Below, in pieces: positions 1 to 8,858 of a stretch of 64,000 bases of DNA; within the stretch, counting starts at the first letter, position 1, and each line of letters begins with the position of its first letter. The position numbers were made by a program, and so were the translations under genes. Below the pieces are notes generated by a model, which was given only the letters and a program-made list of their open reading frames with translations, was not told the DNA's origin and made no database searches. The stretch is from assembly GCA_964407925.1 (NCBI GenBank), contig CAYOXM010000003.1, positions 5,023 to 69,022 on the forward strand, in the 5' to 3' direction. Source of the DNA: an uncultured Gammaproteobacteria bacterium. Lineage in GTDB: Bacteria; Patescibacteriota; Patescibacteriia; SG8-24.

Positions 1-167
1 TACTCCTCGGCATAGGCCAAAAACACGGGAGTGCGAGCGCGCACGTACGCGCCCCCCTCGCCGGCATTTACCGCTTCGACCGCGCTGTCGACGTCCTCGG
101 CGACGCCGGTGTAGAGCGTGCCGTCGCTGCAGCGGACGACATAGACGTGCCAATGTTGGATGCCCAT
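1..167 (-). CDS. GIY-YIG nuclease superfamily small protein (UPF0213-like), 3' end cut by window edge
   Basis: Reverse complement of 1-167 reads MGIQHWHVYVVRCSDGTLYTGVAEDVDSAVEAVNAGEGGAYVRARTPVFLAYAEE, with GIY...YIG-type spacing. It is absent from the ORF track because there is no stop codon inside the window. Confidence 0.55.
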   Translation of the reverse strand, partial: MGIQHWHVYVVRCSDGTLYTGVAEDVDSAVEAVNAGEGGAYVRARTPVFLAYAEE

Positions 168-398
168 ACGGGAATCGGCTGACCGCGACAGACGCTCGGC
201 GCTGATAAATCGAAACCGAACGGCGGCGGTCCCGCCAAGGAAATCGGGCAAAAGCGTACCGTCACGGTGTCCTGCCGTAAAGGCGGGGGTGTGTATAAGT
301 CCTACGACAGCGCGGGCGGGGTTGACGGACCGGCCCGTATGCCGTACCCTCGATATTCGTCACGCCTTTCTTGTCGGAACGCCATCAGGAGGTACGTC

Positions 399-767
399 AT
401 GGGAAGAAGCGACCGGTGCACCCGTCCACGCGAGAAGACACGACGCTTCGGTTTGAACCGCCATCGTCACGGCGACGAGGTCCGCGGCGAAACCGAACGC
501 GTACTCGCCGCACTACGCGAGCAGGAACGGATTTCGGAGTACGCTTGTCACCGCCCGCCCGTCACTGACGACGCGACGGCCGCGCGGTTCTCGGTAACGA
601 TGCGCGTGAACGGCGAAGACGTGACCGCGCGCTTCAGCGTCACGGTCTCGCGACGCGCGTGGCAACGCGCGCAATCGCGCGACGACGCCACCCCGACGTT
701 CTGCTTCCCGCTCGGGACGCGTCCCGAGACCATCCGCAAGCGCATCCTCGGCCTCTTCACCGCCTGA
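399..767 (+). CDS. hypothetical protein
   Basis: Internal ATG of track ORF 267..767, with AGGAGG 7 nt upstream. It is followed by a hairpin terminator. Confidence 0.4.
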   Translation: MGRSDRCTRPREKTRRFGLNRHRHGDEVRGETERVLAALREQERISEYACHRPPVTDDATAARFSVTMRVNGEDVTARFSVTVSRRAWQRAQSRDDATPTFCFPLGTRPETIRKRILGLFTA

Positions 768-780
768 CGACAAATAACAA

Positions 781-808
781 AAGCCCCGCGGCATGCGGGG
801 CTCTTTCA
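781..808. terminator. hairpin GCCCCGC-GGCAT-GCGGGGC with a T-rich tail, between convergent genes
   Basis: Inverted repeat read directly from the sequence. Confidence 0.45.
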
Positions 809-819
809 ATTCCGGCGTG

Positions 820-1389
820 TCACCGGTTGACGGTTGCGGTTTCCGCCGGCGCCTTTGGCTTCGGAAAAAACAGGTAGTCGAGGCGACTGCCCCAGCGGAG
901 CTCGGGACCGAAACGCGTTGGACGGTTCTGCCGCCAGCCGTTCAGGACCAGTCGGATCAACCCGCCCGTCGTCGTTTCGCCGACTTCGGACGCGGCGATG
1001 AGCGACACGCGCGACGGGGAGACGGACGCCTCCCCGAACGCCGCGGCGGCGGCCATGGCGTGGCAACAATCGTTCACGATCAGCACCGGCCGTTTCCCGA
1101 CGGTCAGGAGTTCGGCCAGGCGGCGGTAGGAAAACTCGCGCGTGTCGTCGAGTCCCCAGCCGGTCGTGCTCCCGTGCCCGCAATAGAGAATGACGAGCGG
1201 GGCCTTGGTCTTCTGGCCGATGGCCATCGCCAAGTATGTCCCGAGCACGTCCTCGTCGAGGTAGGCCGTGCGGCTGTCACGCACGCTCTTCGGTCCGATG
1301 CCCGCCTCGCGTATCAGATAGCGTTCGAAATCCTCGGCATCTTCGGAGAAACGGCGGGCGTTCCCCGCGATCACGAACCCTTGTGGCAT
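820..1389 (-). CDS. caspase/legumain-like (C13/C14-fold) cysteine peptidase-like protein
   Basis: YCGHGSTTGWG is followed about 39 aa later by LIVNDCCHA. This His...Cys spacing resembles the catalytic dyad of the C13/C14 fold. AAGGAGG precedes the ATG at 1389, so the track ORF 820..1572 was trimmed. Confidence 0.45.
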   Translation of the reverse strand: MPQGFVIAGNARRFSEDAEDFERYLIREAGIGPKSVRDSRTAYLDEDVLGTYLAMAIGQKTKAPLVILYCGHGSTTGWGLDDTREFSYRRLAELLTVGKRPVLIVNDCCHAMAAAAAFGEASVSPSRVSLIAASEVGETTTGGLIRLVLNGWRQNRPTRFGPELRWGSRLDYLFFPKPKAPAETATVNR

Positions 1390-1496
1390 CGTCCCCTCCT
1401 TCGGGAAAAAGAACGCTTCGACGCTAGCAGTCGGACGCTCAGCGGTCAATGCTGCGCCGTAACGAAAACCGCCCCGCGTTTGCGGGGCGGCGAAGG

Positions 1497-1985
1497 TTAC
1501 GCCGCGAGCTCGGAGGTGCAGAAGGCGCAGCGGGTCGCCGCCTTCTTCACCATCGACAGGCACTTCGGACATTCCTTTTGATCGGGCGCGGGCGGCGTCT
1601 CGCGGCGGAGGCGGTTGATGGAACGCACCGCGACGTAGACGACGAAGGTGACGATCAGGAAGTCGAGCGCGGTGTTCATGAACGCGCCGTAGTTCAGCGT
1701 GACCGCGCCGGCCTTCTTGGCCTCCTCGAGGGTGGCGTAGTTGCCGGCCGACAGCGTGATGAACAGGTTCGCGAAGTTCACCTTGCCCATCACCATCGAG
1801 ATGGGCGGCGTGAGGATGTCGTTCACGAGCGACGTGACGACGCGGCCGCCTGCGGCGCCGATGACGACGGCGATGGCGAGGTCGAGGACGTTGCCCTTGA
1901 TCGCGAAGATCTTGAACTCCTCCATGAACTTCGCGGTCGGCTTGATGACGGACTTGTTGAGGGTTGCTGGCGTCATAAACATCAT
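1497..1985 (-). CDS. mscL: large-conductance mechanosensitive channel MscL with a C-terminal CxxC...CxxC tail
   Basis: TM1 signature FAIKGNVLDLAIAVVIGAAGG. AGGAGG lies upstream of the MMFM start. The C-terminus reads CPKCLSMVKKAATRCAFC. Confidence 0.8.
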   Translation of the reverse strand: MMFMTPATLNKSVIKPTAKFMEEFKIFAIKGNVLDLAIAVVIGAAGGRVVTSLVNDILTPPISMVMGKVNFANLFITLSAGNYATLEEAKKAGAVTLNYGAFMNTALDFLIVTFVVYVAVRSINRLRRETPPAPDQKECPKCLSMVKKAATRCAFCTSELAA

Positions 1986-2038
1986 TCCTCCTGTGCCGAT
2001 TCTGCCATGAAAGGAGCGCTCCGGCAAGGGGGCCGCGG

Positions 2039-2401
2039 CTACGACTGTCCCAGCGCGGGCGAGGCGTGGTAAATCTCGTGCAGCGTCAGCGCCTCGTAGC
2101 GCCGCGGATGCTTACCCGCCATGCCGTCGACGCCCGATGGCGGATCGAACTTCACGCGGCCGAGTTTCGCCCTGTCGCGATGGACGATGACGTAGTCGAT
2201 GACCTCCTGCAGCGTACGCGCCCCGAACGGACGCGCGACGATCTGCCCGTCTTCGTCAAGGACGAGCAGGGCGTACCCCACCCTCCCGGTTTCGCTCATG
2301 TCGTGCCTGTTCAGGTACACGGCACGGACGATGACCGCTTTGTGCCGTTGGCTAGACATGACTTCCATCCGCTGCGGAAAGAGCTGGAGAAATTGAGTCA
2401 T
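2039..2401 (-). CDS. hypothetical protein
   Basis: ORF upstream of mscL on the same strand. No motif recognised. Confidence 0.35.
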   Translation of the reverse strand: MTQFLQLFPQRMEVMSSQRHKAVIVRAVYLNRHDMSETGRVGYALLVLDEDGQIVARPFGARTLQEVIDYVIVHRDRAKLGRVKFDPPSGVDGMAGKHPRRYEALTLHEIYHASPALGQS

Positions 2402-2480
2402 GGCGGCGTGGCGGGGTCAAGCGGCGCGACCCTCTCGACAAGGGAAATGACGTTTGCTACAGTGCCCAACGCAATAACGC

Positions 2481-2558
2481 GGTCCCATCGTCTAGCCCGG
2501 TCCAGGACGTCTCCCTCTCACGGAGAAAACAGGGGTTCGAATCCCCTTGGGACTACCA
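2481..2558 (+). tRNA. tRNA-Glu (anticodon CTC), CCA encoded
   Basis: Cloverleaf folded by hand: acceptor GGTCCCA/TGGGACT, anticodon stem TCTCC/GGAGA with loop CTCTCAC (CTC at positions 34-36), and T-arm AGGGG-TTCGAAT-CCCCT. The architecture is close to E. coli tRNA-Glu. Confidence 0.85.
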
Positions 2559-2560
2559 GC

Positions 2561-2590
2561 AAAACGGCCTCTCACTGAGAGGCCGTTTTG
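2561..2590. terminator. perfect 13-bp inverted repeat AAAACGGCCTCTC-ACT-GAGAGGCCGTTTT, bidirectional
   Basis: Read directly from the sequence, immediately 3' of tRNA-Glu. Confidence 0.6.
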
Positions 2591-2653
2591 CTGCGTACGG
2601 GGACCCAAGTTGATTCAAACGGGCAGCGGGCGAGGTGCTGAAAATTTTGCCGT

Positions 2654-3016
2654 TCACTTCTCGTCCCGCGCATCGTTCTTCTTCACCCGCGCCCTGATCA
2701 GCTTCTTGACCAACCCGAGGGGCAGCGGCTTGTCATTGGGGAAACGCACCGTCGCCATGGCAGTTTCGTATTTCTTCAGCTCCTTCTTATGCTCCGCCAC
2801 GACCGGCGGCGGCACGTACAGGCCGATGTGCCTTTTCGCGAAGGCGAAATACGCCAAACGGCCCTTGTAATGGTAGTACGGCATGCCGTAACTCAATCGC
2901 TCCTCCGCTTTCGGCGCGGCGGCCTTTATGGCCGCGCGAAGCTGGGCAAGTTTTCCCCGCACTCCTTTCGGCGCTCCTGCGATGTATGCCGTCACGCCTT
3001 CGGTCGGCTTCTTCAT
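2654..3016 (-). CDS. DUF1801 (YdhG-like) domain protein
   Basis: MKKPTEGVTAYIAGAPKGVRGKLAQLRAAI... has DUF1801-like length and pattern. Confidence 0.5.
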   Translation of the reverse strand: MKKPTEGVTAYIAGAPKGVRGKLAQLRAAIKAAAPKAEERLSYGMPYYHYKGRLAYFAFAKRHIGLYVPPPVVAEHKKELKKYETAMATVRFPNDKPLPLGLVKKLIRARVKKNDARDEK

Positions 3017-3125
3017 ACGACACCAGTATCGCGATTCGATTCACGTTTGGCAAACGCGCGCGTCTGGAGCATTCCCCTCCTTCACTCCGCCTGCTACGAT
3101 TGTTTTCGACAGTAATCCCAATCAT

Positions 3126-3554
3126 ATGCCGGAAGCCGCCAACCAGCTCACCGTCGAAACGGTCATCAACGCGCCGCTCGAAAAAATCTGGGAACTGTGG
3201 ACCGAGCCGCGGCACATCCAACAGTGGAACGCCGCCTCTCCCGACTGGCACTGCCCCTCCGCGACGAACGACCTGCGACCGGGCGGCAAATTCCTTTATC
3301 GCATGGAAGCGAAGGACAAGAGCGTCGGCTTCGACTTCGACGGGACCTACAGCGAGGTCGTTTCGCAGTCGCGCATCGCCTATGCCCTCGCCGACGGCCG
3401 AAAGGTGACTGTCACGTTCGCGAAAACCGCGCCGACGCGGGTGAAAGTCAGCGAGACGCTCGAAATGGAAAAGATCAATCCCGCGGAGATGCAGCGGCTC
3501 GGATGGCAGGCGATACTCAATCGGTTCCGGGAATACGTTGAGAACGGCAAATAG
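3126..3554 (+). CDS. SRPBCC/AHSA1-like (activator of Hsp90 ATPase homologue) domain protein
   Basis: ATG at 3126 is in frame with track ORF 2928..3554. The sequence LTVETVINAPLEKIWELWTEP...GGKF...DF is AHSA1-like. Confidence 0.6.
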   Translation: MPEAANQLTVETVINAPLEKIWELWTEPRHIQQWNAASPDWHCPSATNDLRPGGKFLYRMEAKDKSVGFDFDGTYSEVVSQSRIAYALADGRKVTVTFAKTAPTRVKVSETLEMEKINPAEMQRLGWQAILNRFREYVENGK

Positions 3555-3576
3555 CGCGACGAACGTGAAATGTAAA

Positions 3577-3600
3577 AACGCCCCTCATCGCGAGGGGCGT
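3577..3600. terminator. hairpin CGCCCCTC-ATCGC-GAGGGGCG flanked by A and T runs
   Basis: Read directly from the sequence, between convergent genes. Confidence 0.5.
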
Positions 3601-3615
3601 CGTCGTTTCACGGGA

Positions 3616-4899
3616 TCATTCCTCCACCGGAGCGACGAGCACGCGTGGCGCGGAGAGCGGATCGGCCATCAGCTCCTTCACGACCGCCTCCATCCGCATG
3701 CCGCGCGAACCCTTCACGAGCACGACGTCGCCTTGCCTCATCCTCTCCTGGACGAAACGGCCGGCCTCGGCGGGCGTGGAGAAACGGAAGATGCGGTCTT
3801 CGCCGACGCCGGCGGTGCGGGCGGCTTTCGCGGCATCAGCCATGCGTTCGCCGACGAAGACGAGGACGTCGGCGCATTCCGCCGCCTCGCGGCCGACCTG
3901 CGCATGCCCCTCTTCGGAGACGGACCCGAGCTCGAGCATGTCGCCGAGCACGGCGAATTTCTTCGCGGTCTCGGTCAGCGGGATGTCGCGCAGCACGTAC
4001 AGCGCGGCCAGGGCGGAACGCGGCGCGGCGTTGTACGTGTCGTCGATGAGCACCGACCGCTTGATGCCGGGGACGTAGCGCATCCTGCCCGGCGGGCCGG
4101 AATACTCACGCAGGCCGTCGGCGATCTCGACGAGATTCATGCCCTTGTGCAGGCCGACGACCGCCGCGGCGAGCGCGGCGTAAATCGCCGGCCGGCCCAG
4201 GACGCCGGGGACGAACACCGGCACCGTGGCGCCGTCCGCCTGGATCTTGAAGTGCATGCCGCACTCGCCGTCGTAGGTGCAGGCGTAGCCGATCGGCTCG
4301 ACCGCGCGCACGTCGGCGCTCTCGTGGAACCCGAAACTCCGGATGGGCGCCTTCGACGTCCTGGCCATGGACCAGACGCGGTCGTCATCGCGATTCAGCA
4401 CCGCGAGGCCGTCCTTCGGCAGGCGCTCAATGAGCGTACGTTTTTCCTTTTGGATCCCCTCGACCGTGCCGAACGACTCGAGGTGCGATTCCCCGACGGC
4501 GGTGACGACGCCGACCGTCGGCGGGGCGATGGCGCACAGCTCGGCGATGTCGCCCGCTTTCGCCGCGCCCATCTCGAGCACCAGCGTCTTCGGGTAGTCC
4601 TTCGTTCCGCCCGCGGCGGCCTTCCAGGCGCCCATGAGCGTGGCGAGCCACTTCATCGGCGAGCGGCCGTTCACCGCGGGAAGCCCGAGCACCGTGAGCG
4701 GCAGGCCGAACTCGGTGTTCATGTTTCCGGCATTGGCACGGACGGCGAATTTGCGCCGAAGGACGGCGGCGACGGCCTCCTTCGTCGAGCTCTTGCCGAC
4801 GGAGCCGGTGATGCCGATGATTTCGGGCTTTTCGCGTTCGATGACGCGTTTGGCGGAAGCGGCGAGCGACGTGCGCACGAAGGTCTTCATAGCGGTCAT
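3616..4899 (-). CDS. murF: UDP-N-acetylmuramoyl-tripeptide--D-alanyl-D-alanine ligase MurF
   Basis: GITGSVGKSSTKE P-loop and Mur-ligase domain order. It sits downstream of the PBP2 gene. Confidence 0.85.
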   Translation of the reverse strand: MTAMKTFVRTSLAASAKRVIEREKPEIIGITGSVGKSSTKEAVAAVLRRKFAVRANAGNMNTEFGLPLTVLGLPAVNGRSPMKWLATLMGAWKAAAGGTKDYPKTLVLEMGAAKAGDIAELCAIAPPTVGVVTAVGESHLESFGTVEGIQKEKRTLIERLPKDGLAVLNRDDDRVWSMARTSKAPIRSFGFHESADVRAVEPIGYACTYDGECGMHFKIQADGATVPVFVPGVLGRPAIYAALAAAVVGLHKGMNLVEIADGLREYSGPPGRMRYVPGIKRSVLIDDTYNAAPRSALAALYVLRDIPLTETAKKFAVLGDMLELGSVSEEGHAQVGREAAECADVLVFVGERMADAAKAARTAGVGEDRIFRFSTPAEAGRFVQERMRQGDVVLVKGSRGMRMEAVVKELMADPLSAPRVLVAPVEE

Positions 4900-4904
4900 T
4901 TCCT

Positions 4905-6671
4905 TTATTTCCGGTCAGGCGGGATCTCCAAATATTGTAACAGGAACTTCGCGATGTCGCCAAAGAGCGGGGCGGCGGACGATTCCGCCCAGTCGACGTC
5001 TCGCGGACGGTCGATCTTCACGAGCATAACGAACGCCGGATCGTCGACCGGCGCGTAGCCGACGAACGAGCCGATGAAGGCGTTCTTCTCGTACCCGAGG
5101 CCGTCGCCGCGGGACACCTGCGCCGTGCCGGTCTTGCCCGCGACGTAATATCCCGGCACGCCGGCGCGTTTGCCGTGGCCGCGCTCGACGACGTTCACGA
5201 GCATGCCGCCCATGAGTCCGGCGGCGCGCTTCGTGATGACCTGCCGTACCGCCTTCGGCTCGACCTTCTCGACCGTACCGTCGGCGCGCCGGATTTCCGA
5301 GACGACGTGCGGTGCCATCAGCTTGCCGCCGTTCGCGATCGCGCCGAACGCGGTGACGATCTGGATCGGCGTGGCGGTGATGCCCTGCCCGAACGACGCG
5401 GTCGCGCTCCAGATTTCGCCTTTCTTGCGCAGCGACTCGACGTCGCCCGCGGCTTCGGTGTCGAGCTCGATGCCGGTCGGACTGCCGAAGCCGAAATCCT
5501 CGACGTACCGGAGGAACGACTTCGGCCCGAGCTTGCGTACGGCGAAAATCGTTCCGGTATTGAGCGATTCCTCGAGCACCTGCGTCATCGTCTGAATGCC
5601 ATGCCCCTTGCCGTCGGAATTCTTGATGGTGTACGGACCGATAACCACGCTCCCCGTGTCCTCGTAGGTCGTGCCCGGAGAAATCTTCCCCGCGTCGAGC
5701 GCGGCGACGAGCGTGAACGGCTTGAAGATGGAACCGGGCTCGTATGCCGCGAAGATCGCGGGATCGTTGAACAACCGCAGGTCCTCGACCTTCGAAAAGT
5801 CGTTCGGATCGAAATCCGGAACGTTACAGAGCGCGAGGACCGCGCCCGTCTTCGGTTCCATGATGACGACCGAGCCGCCGTCGGCGCCGTGCTTCGCGAC
5901 CGCCGCGCGGAGCTTCTCGCATGCCGCATACTGGATGCTCCGATCGATCGTGAGCGTCAGCCGGTCGCCGTCCTGCGCGGGATGAAAGTCGCGGTCCGCC
6001 GCGCCGATCCACCGCCCTATGGGATCCTTTTCCGCCTCGAGATGTCCGGCGCGCCCGGCGAGACGGTCGTTCCAAAACCCCTCGATGCCGTAGCGGCCGA
6101 CGCGCTCGCCCTTGTCGTTCGAACCGAGGAAGCCGGTGACGTGCGAAAGCGACGGGCCTTCCGGATAGTAACGGTGCTGCTCACGCGCGAGGGCCACGCC
6201 CGCGATACCGAGCGCCTTCACCTGCGCGGCCCTCGCGTCGTCGAGGTTTTTGGCGAGCGGCTCGTACGGGTCGTCCTTGCGCGACAATTTCGCGAACAGC
6301 GCGGCCTCGTCCGTCCCGAGCACGGGCGACAGCTTCCGCGCGGCGTCGGCGGGATCCCCGATCAACCGTCCGTCCGCGTACGCGAGGTACGCGTTCTTGT
6401 TGATGATCGCGGGAAACACGCCCTCGGGCGATTTCGGGTCGCGCAAGTAGACCGAGCCGCGCTCGGGAAAAAGCTCTTCGAAAATGGAATGCTGGTTCGA
6501 AGCGAGGGCGGCGTAGAAGCGGTGCGAGAGCACCTGCAGGACGAACAGCCGCGCCGCGATCGCGCCCATGCCGACGACCACGACGCCCGCGAAAAGCAAA
6601 AGGCGGCGGTCCGTCGATGACGGCCGCGCCTTCGCGTGAGAACCCCAAAAACGGAATCGCGAGCCGGCCAT
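4905..6671 (-). CDS. penicillin-binding protein 2 / FtsI-type peptidoglycan D,D-transpeptidase
   Basis: N-terminal TM segment plus a transpeptidase domain (SIFKP ... KTGTA motifs). Confidence 0.85.
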   Translation of the reverse strand: MAGSRFRFWGSHAKARPSSTDRRLLLFAGVVVVGMGAIAARLFVLQVLSHRFYAALASNQHSIFEELFPERGSVYLRDPKSPEGVFPAIINKNAYLAYADGRLIGDPADAARKLSPVLGTDEAALFAKLSRKDDPYEPLAKNLDDARAAQVKALGIAGVALAREQHRYYPEGPSLSHVTGFLGSNDKGERVGRYGIEGFWNDRLAGRAGHLEAEKDPIGRWIGAADRDFHPAQDGDRLTLTIDRSIQYAACEKLRAAVAKHGADGGSVVIMEPKTGAVLALCNVPDFDPNDFSKVEDLRLFNDPAIFAAYEPGSIFKPFTLVAALDAGKISPGTTYEDTGSVVIGPYTIKNSDGKGHGIQTMTQVLEESLNTGTIFAVRKLGPKSFLRYVEDFGFGSPTGIELDTEAAGDVESLRKKGEIWSATASFGQGITATPIQIVTAFGAIANGGKLMAPHVVSEIRRADGTVEKVEPKAVRQVITKRAAGLMGGMLVNVVERGHGKRAGVPGYYVAGKTGTAQVSRGDGLGYEKNAFIGSFVGYAPVDDPAFVMLVKIDRPRDVDWAESSAAPLFGDIAKFLLQYLEIPPDRK

Positions 6672-6677
6672 ACGTCC

Positions 6678-7916
6678 CTAGTCGAACTGCCCCCCGAAAA
6701 AATCGAACAGTTTGCCCGGACCGGCGGGATTGCGGCCTTGGTCGACTTCCGCACCGTCCTTGACGCCGTCGGCGTCGGAATCGGGATTATTCGGATCGGA
6801 GCCGTAGAACTTTTCCAGCGCGTTCGTGAGCCCGTCCTCGTCGGTGTCTTCCTGGCCGGGATCGAAGATGTCGACGCCGAGTCCGCCCTCGTCGGCAGGC
6901 TTCTTGCCGACGCGCGCCGAACCGTCCTTCGCGAGCGGCAGGTGTTCCTTGAAGCTCGGCAAAAGCGATTCGACGACGGGCGTGACGTCGGTGAGGTCCT
7001 TCTCGGGCGTCTCGATGGAGAGCAGTTCGTTGAAGCGGGAGAAATTCAGCGTGAGCGACAGCGTTCCCTGCCGCACGCCGTCGTCGTAACGGAACCGGAA
7101 GCGCGCGCGGTAGAGAAGATAGTCGCCGCCGCCGATCCACATCTCGCCGTCCTCCGCGGCGACGTTGGCAAAAAAGGTGTCCGCGGCGGTACGTTCCTTG
7201 TTGGTGAGCTCCCGTCCCAGCCGCTTCGTCTCGGCGAGCACGAAGTAATCCTTGAAGAACAGGACTTCCGGCTCGACTTGGTAGTGATGGACGGCGACGC
7301 CGTTCAGTTTCTCGTTCTTGAGTTTTTCCTTCACGCGCACGAACGGCGTGGCGCGGAACTGTTCGCGCAGGTAATCGCGATCGGCCTTCTCGAGCGGCGG
7401 ATGGTCGCCGCCGACCGCCGGCAGATCGACGTCGGCGAACAGCTTGCGGAAACTGAGGCGCAACCATTTGCCGGAGAGCTCGTCGAGGTGCAGCGCGCCG
7501 ACGCGGCTCGGCAACGCGCTGAAATTGAAGTAGTGGGCGTCGCCGGCCTTGACGTACTCCCCGGCGACCTTGGTCGGTTCGCCCTCGCCGACGTCGAGCG
7601 CGAACTTCTGCCACGCGCCCGTCGACGCCTCGTCGGTCCGATTGACCCACCCGCTTCCCGCGAGCCTCAGCTCCTCGCGCGACTTGCGGACGTTGCCGTT
7701 CGCGTCCTTCGAGGCGACCCAGCCCGACCAGCGGGCGTCGGTTTCGAGATAGAACGTCTTGGCGTTGACCATCCGCCACTGCATGAACCGGACGATTTCG
7801 GTCGACTGCGGGATGAGCAGGAACAGCAGGCTCGACGTCGCGATGCCGAGCGTCGAGATGAAGATGACGATCCACGTCGAGACGTGCGCGTACCAGGGTT
7901 TCTGCGACATAGGCAT
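6678..7916 (-). CDS. membrane-anchored hypothetical protein with C-terminal Asp-rich TSP3-like Ca-binding repeats
   Basis: N-terminal TM helix. C-terminus reads DTDEDGLTNALEKFYGSDPNNPDSDADGVKDGAEVDQGRNPAG. Confidence 0.55.
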   Translation of the reverse strand: MPMSQKPWYAHVSTWIVIFISTLGIATSSLLFLLIPQSTEIVRFMQWRMVNAKTFYLETDARWSGWVASKDANGNVRKSREELRLAGSGWVNRTDEASTGAWQKFALDVGEGEPTKVAGEYVKAGDAHYFNFSALPSRVGALHLDELSGKWLRLSFRKLFADVDLPAVGGDHPPLEKADRDYLREQFRATPFVRVKEKLKNEKLNGVAVHHYQVEPEVLFFKDYFVLAETKRLGRELTNKERTAADTFFANVAAEDGEMWIGGGDYLLYRARFRFRYDDGVRQGTLSLTLNFSRFNELLSIETPEKDLTDVTPVVESLLPSFKEHLPLAKDGSARVGKKPADEGGLGVDIFDPGQEDTDEDGLTNALEKFYGSDPNNPDSDADGVKDGAEVDQGRNPAGPGKLFDFFGGQFD

Positions 7917-7917
7917 C

Positions 7918-8856
7918 CTACTTCTTCGATTTCTTGAGCCGCGCCGCGACGTCGGTGAACGGCTTCGCGTCCGCGGGCGCGTCGACCTCGGCCCGCTCGG
8001 TCACGGGCAAAAACTCGATCATCACCGACAAGTGACCGCCCTCCTCGCCGCCCGTCGCGGCGCTTTCGATGACGAACTTCTTGAATTCCCCCGAACGCTT
8101 GTCGATCCAGACGTCGACGCTTTCGGCGTTCCGCGCGAGGCCGGCGGAAATTTCGGCCTCCTCGTCGGGCGTAAGCGGACGTCCGAGCGCCAACTCGCGC
8201 ACGTCCTTGAGCATCCGCGCCGCGCCGTCGCGGTCGAGGAGCAGGGTGAACCGGCGCAACGGAACGCCGCCGACCACTTCGTTGGGAAGCTTGCCCCCGT
8301 ACGAGAACGCCTCGCCGCCGACGACGGCGGACCTGACGCGCGCCCACGCGACCTTGGCCTTCTCGTCGCCGAGGCCCGGACCCGCGTCGACGCCCGAAAG
8401 GGTGGCGCGGAGGTCATCGAGCCGGAGCGCGTACCACTGGCCGTTCAGATCGGCGAGCGAAAGCGCATCGCCCTCGCCCTTCGGCAGGCCGGCAAATCTG
8501 AGGAACGCATCGCCGTCCGGCCGCGCCTTGAGCTCGATCGAGATGTCGTCGTTCGAGGCGTCGCCGGTACCGAGCAGGCTGAAGGCGGCCTCGCCGTTCG
8601 GCAGGCCGTCCTCCGGGACGTTCGCGTGCACCGCGCCGCCGATGAGTACCGGCACGCGTTCGCCGCCGGAAAGCGCGGCCGGCGCGAGCGTTTCCGCGGT
8701 GACCTTCACATACACCGCATCGGCCTCGCCCAGCTTCCTGAACGCGCCGGCGAGCAGCGTCTCCGGCGACGGCTCGCGTACGACGTAGACGATGGCGACC
8801 GTCGCCGCGACGAGCGCGACGAAAGCGACGATGAGCGGCGTTCTGCGCATAGGCAA
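7918..8856 (-). CDS. membrane-anchored hypothetical protein
   Basis: N-terminal TM helix. It abuts the downstream gene, consistent with one operon. Confidence 0.5.
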   Translation of the reverse strand: MPMRRTPLIVAFVALVAATVAIVYVVREPSPETLLAGAFRKLGEADAVYVKVTAETLAPAALSGGERVPVLIGGAVHANVPEDGLPNGEAAFSLLGTGDASNDDISIELKARPDGDAFLRFAGLPKGEGDALSLADLNGQWYALRLDDLRATLSGVDAGPGLGDEKAKVAWARVRSAVVGGEAFSYGGKLPNEVVGGVPLRRFTLLLDRDGAARMLKDVRELALGRPLTPDEEAEISAGLARNAESVDVWIDKRSGEFKKFVIESAATGGEEGGHLSVMIEFLPVTERAEVDAPADAKPFTDVAARLKKSKK

Positions 8857-8858
8857 TC

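Noticed and set aside
3538-5058. Long antisense (shadow) ORFs in GC-rich DNA, for example 3538..5058, 5175..6620, 6636..7937, 7759..8940, 10615..11826, 28126..29985, 29847..31259, 42315..43550 and 8997..10004
   Set aside because: They overlap well-supported genes with recognisable domains on the opposite strand, show Arg/Ala/Gly-rich composition typical of non-coding high-GC frames, and lack ribosome-binding sites.
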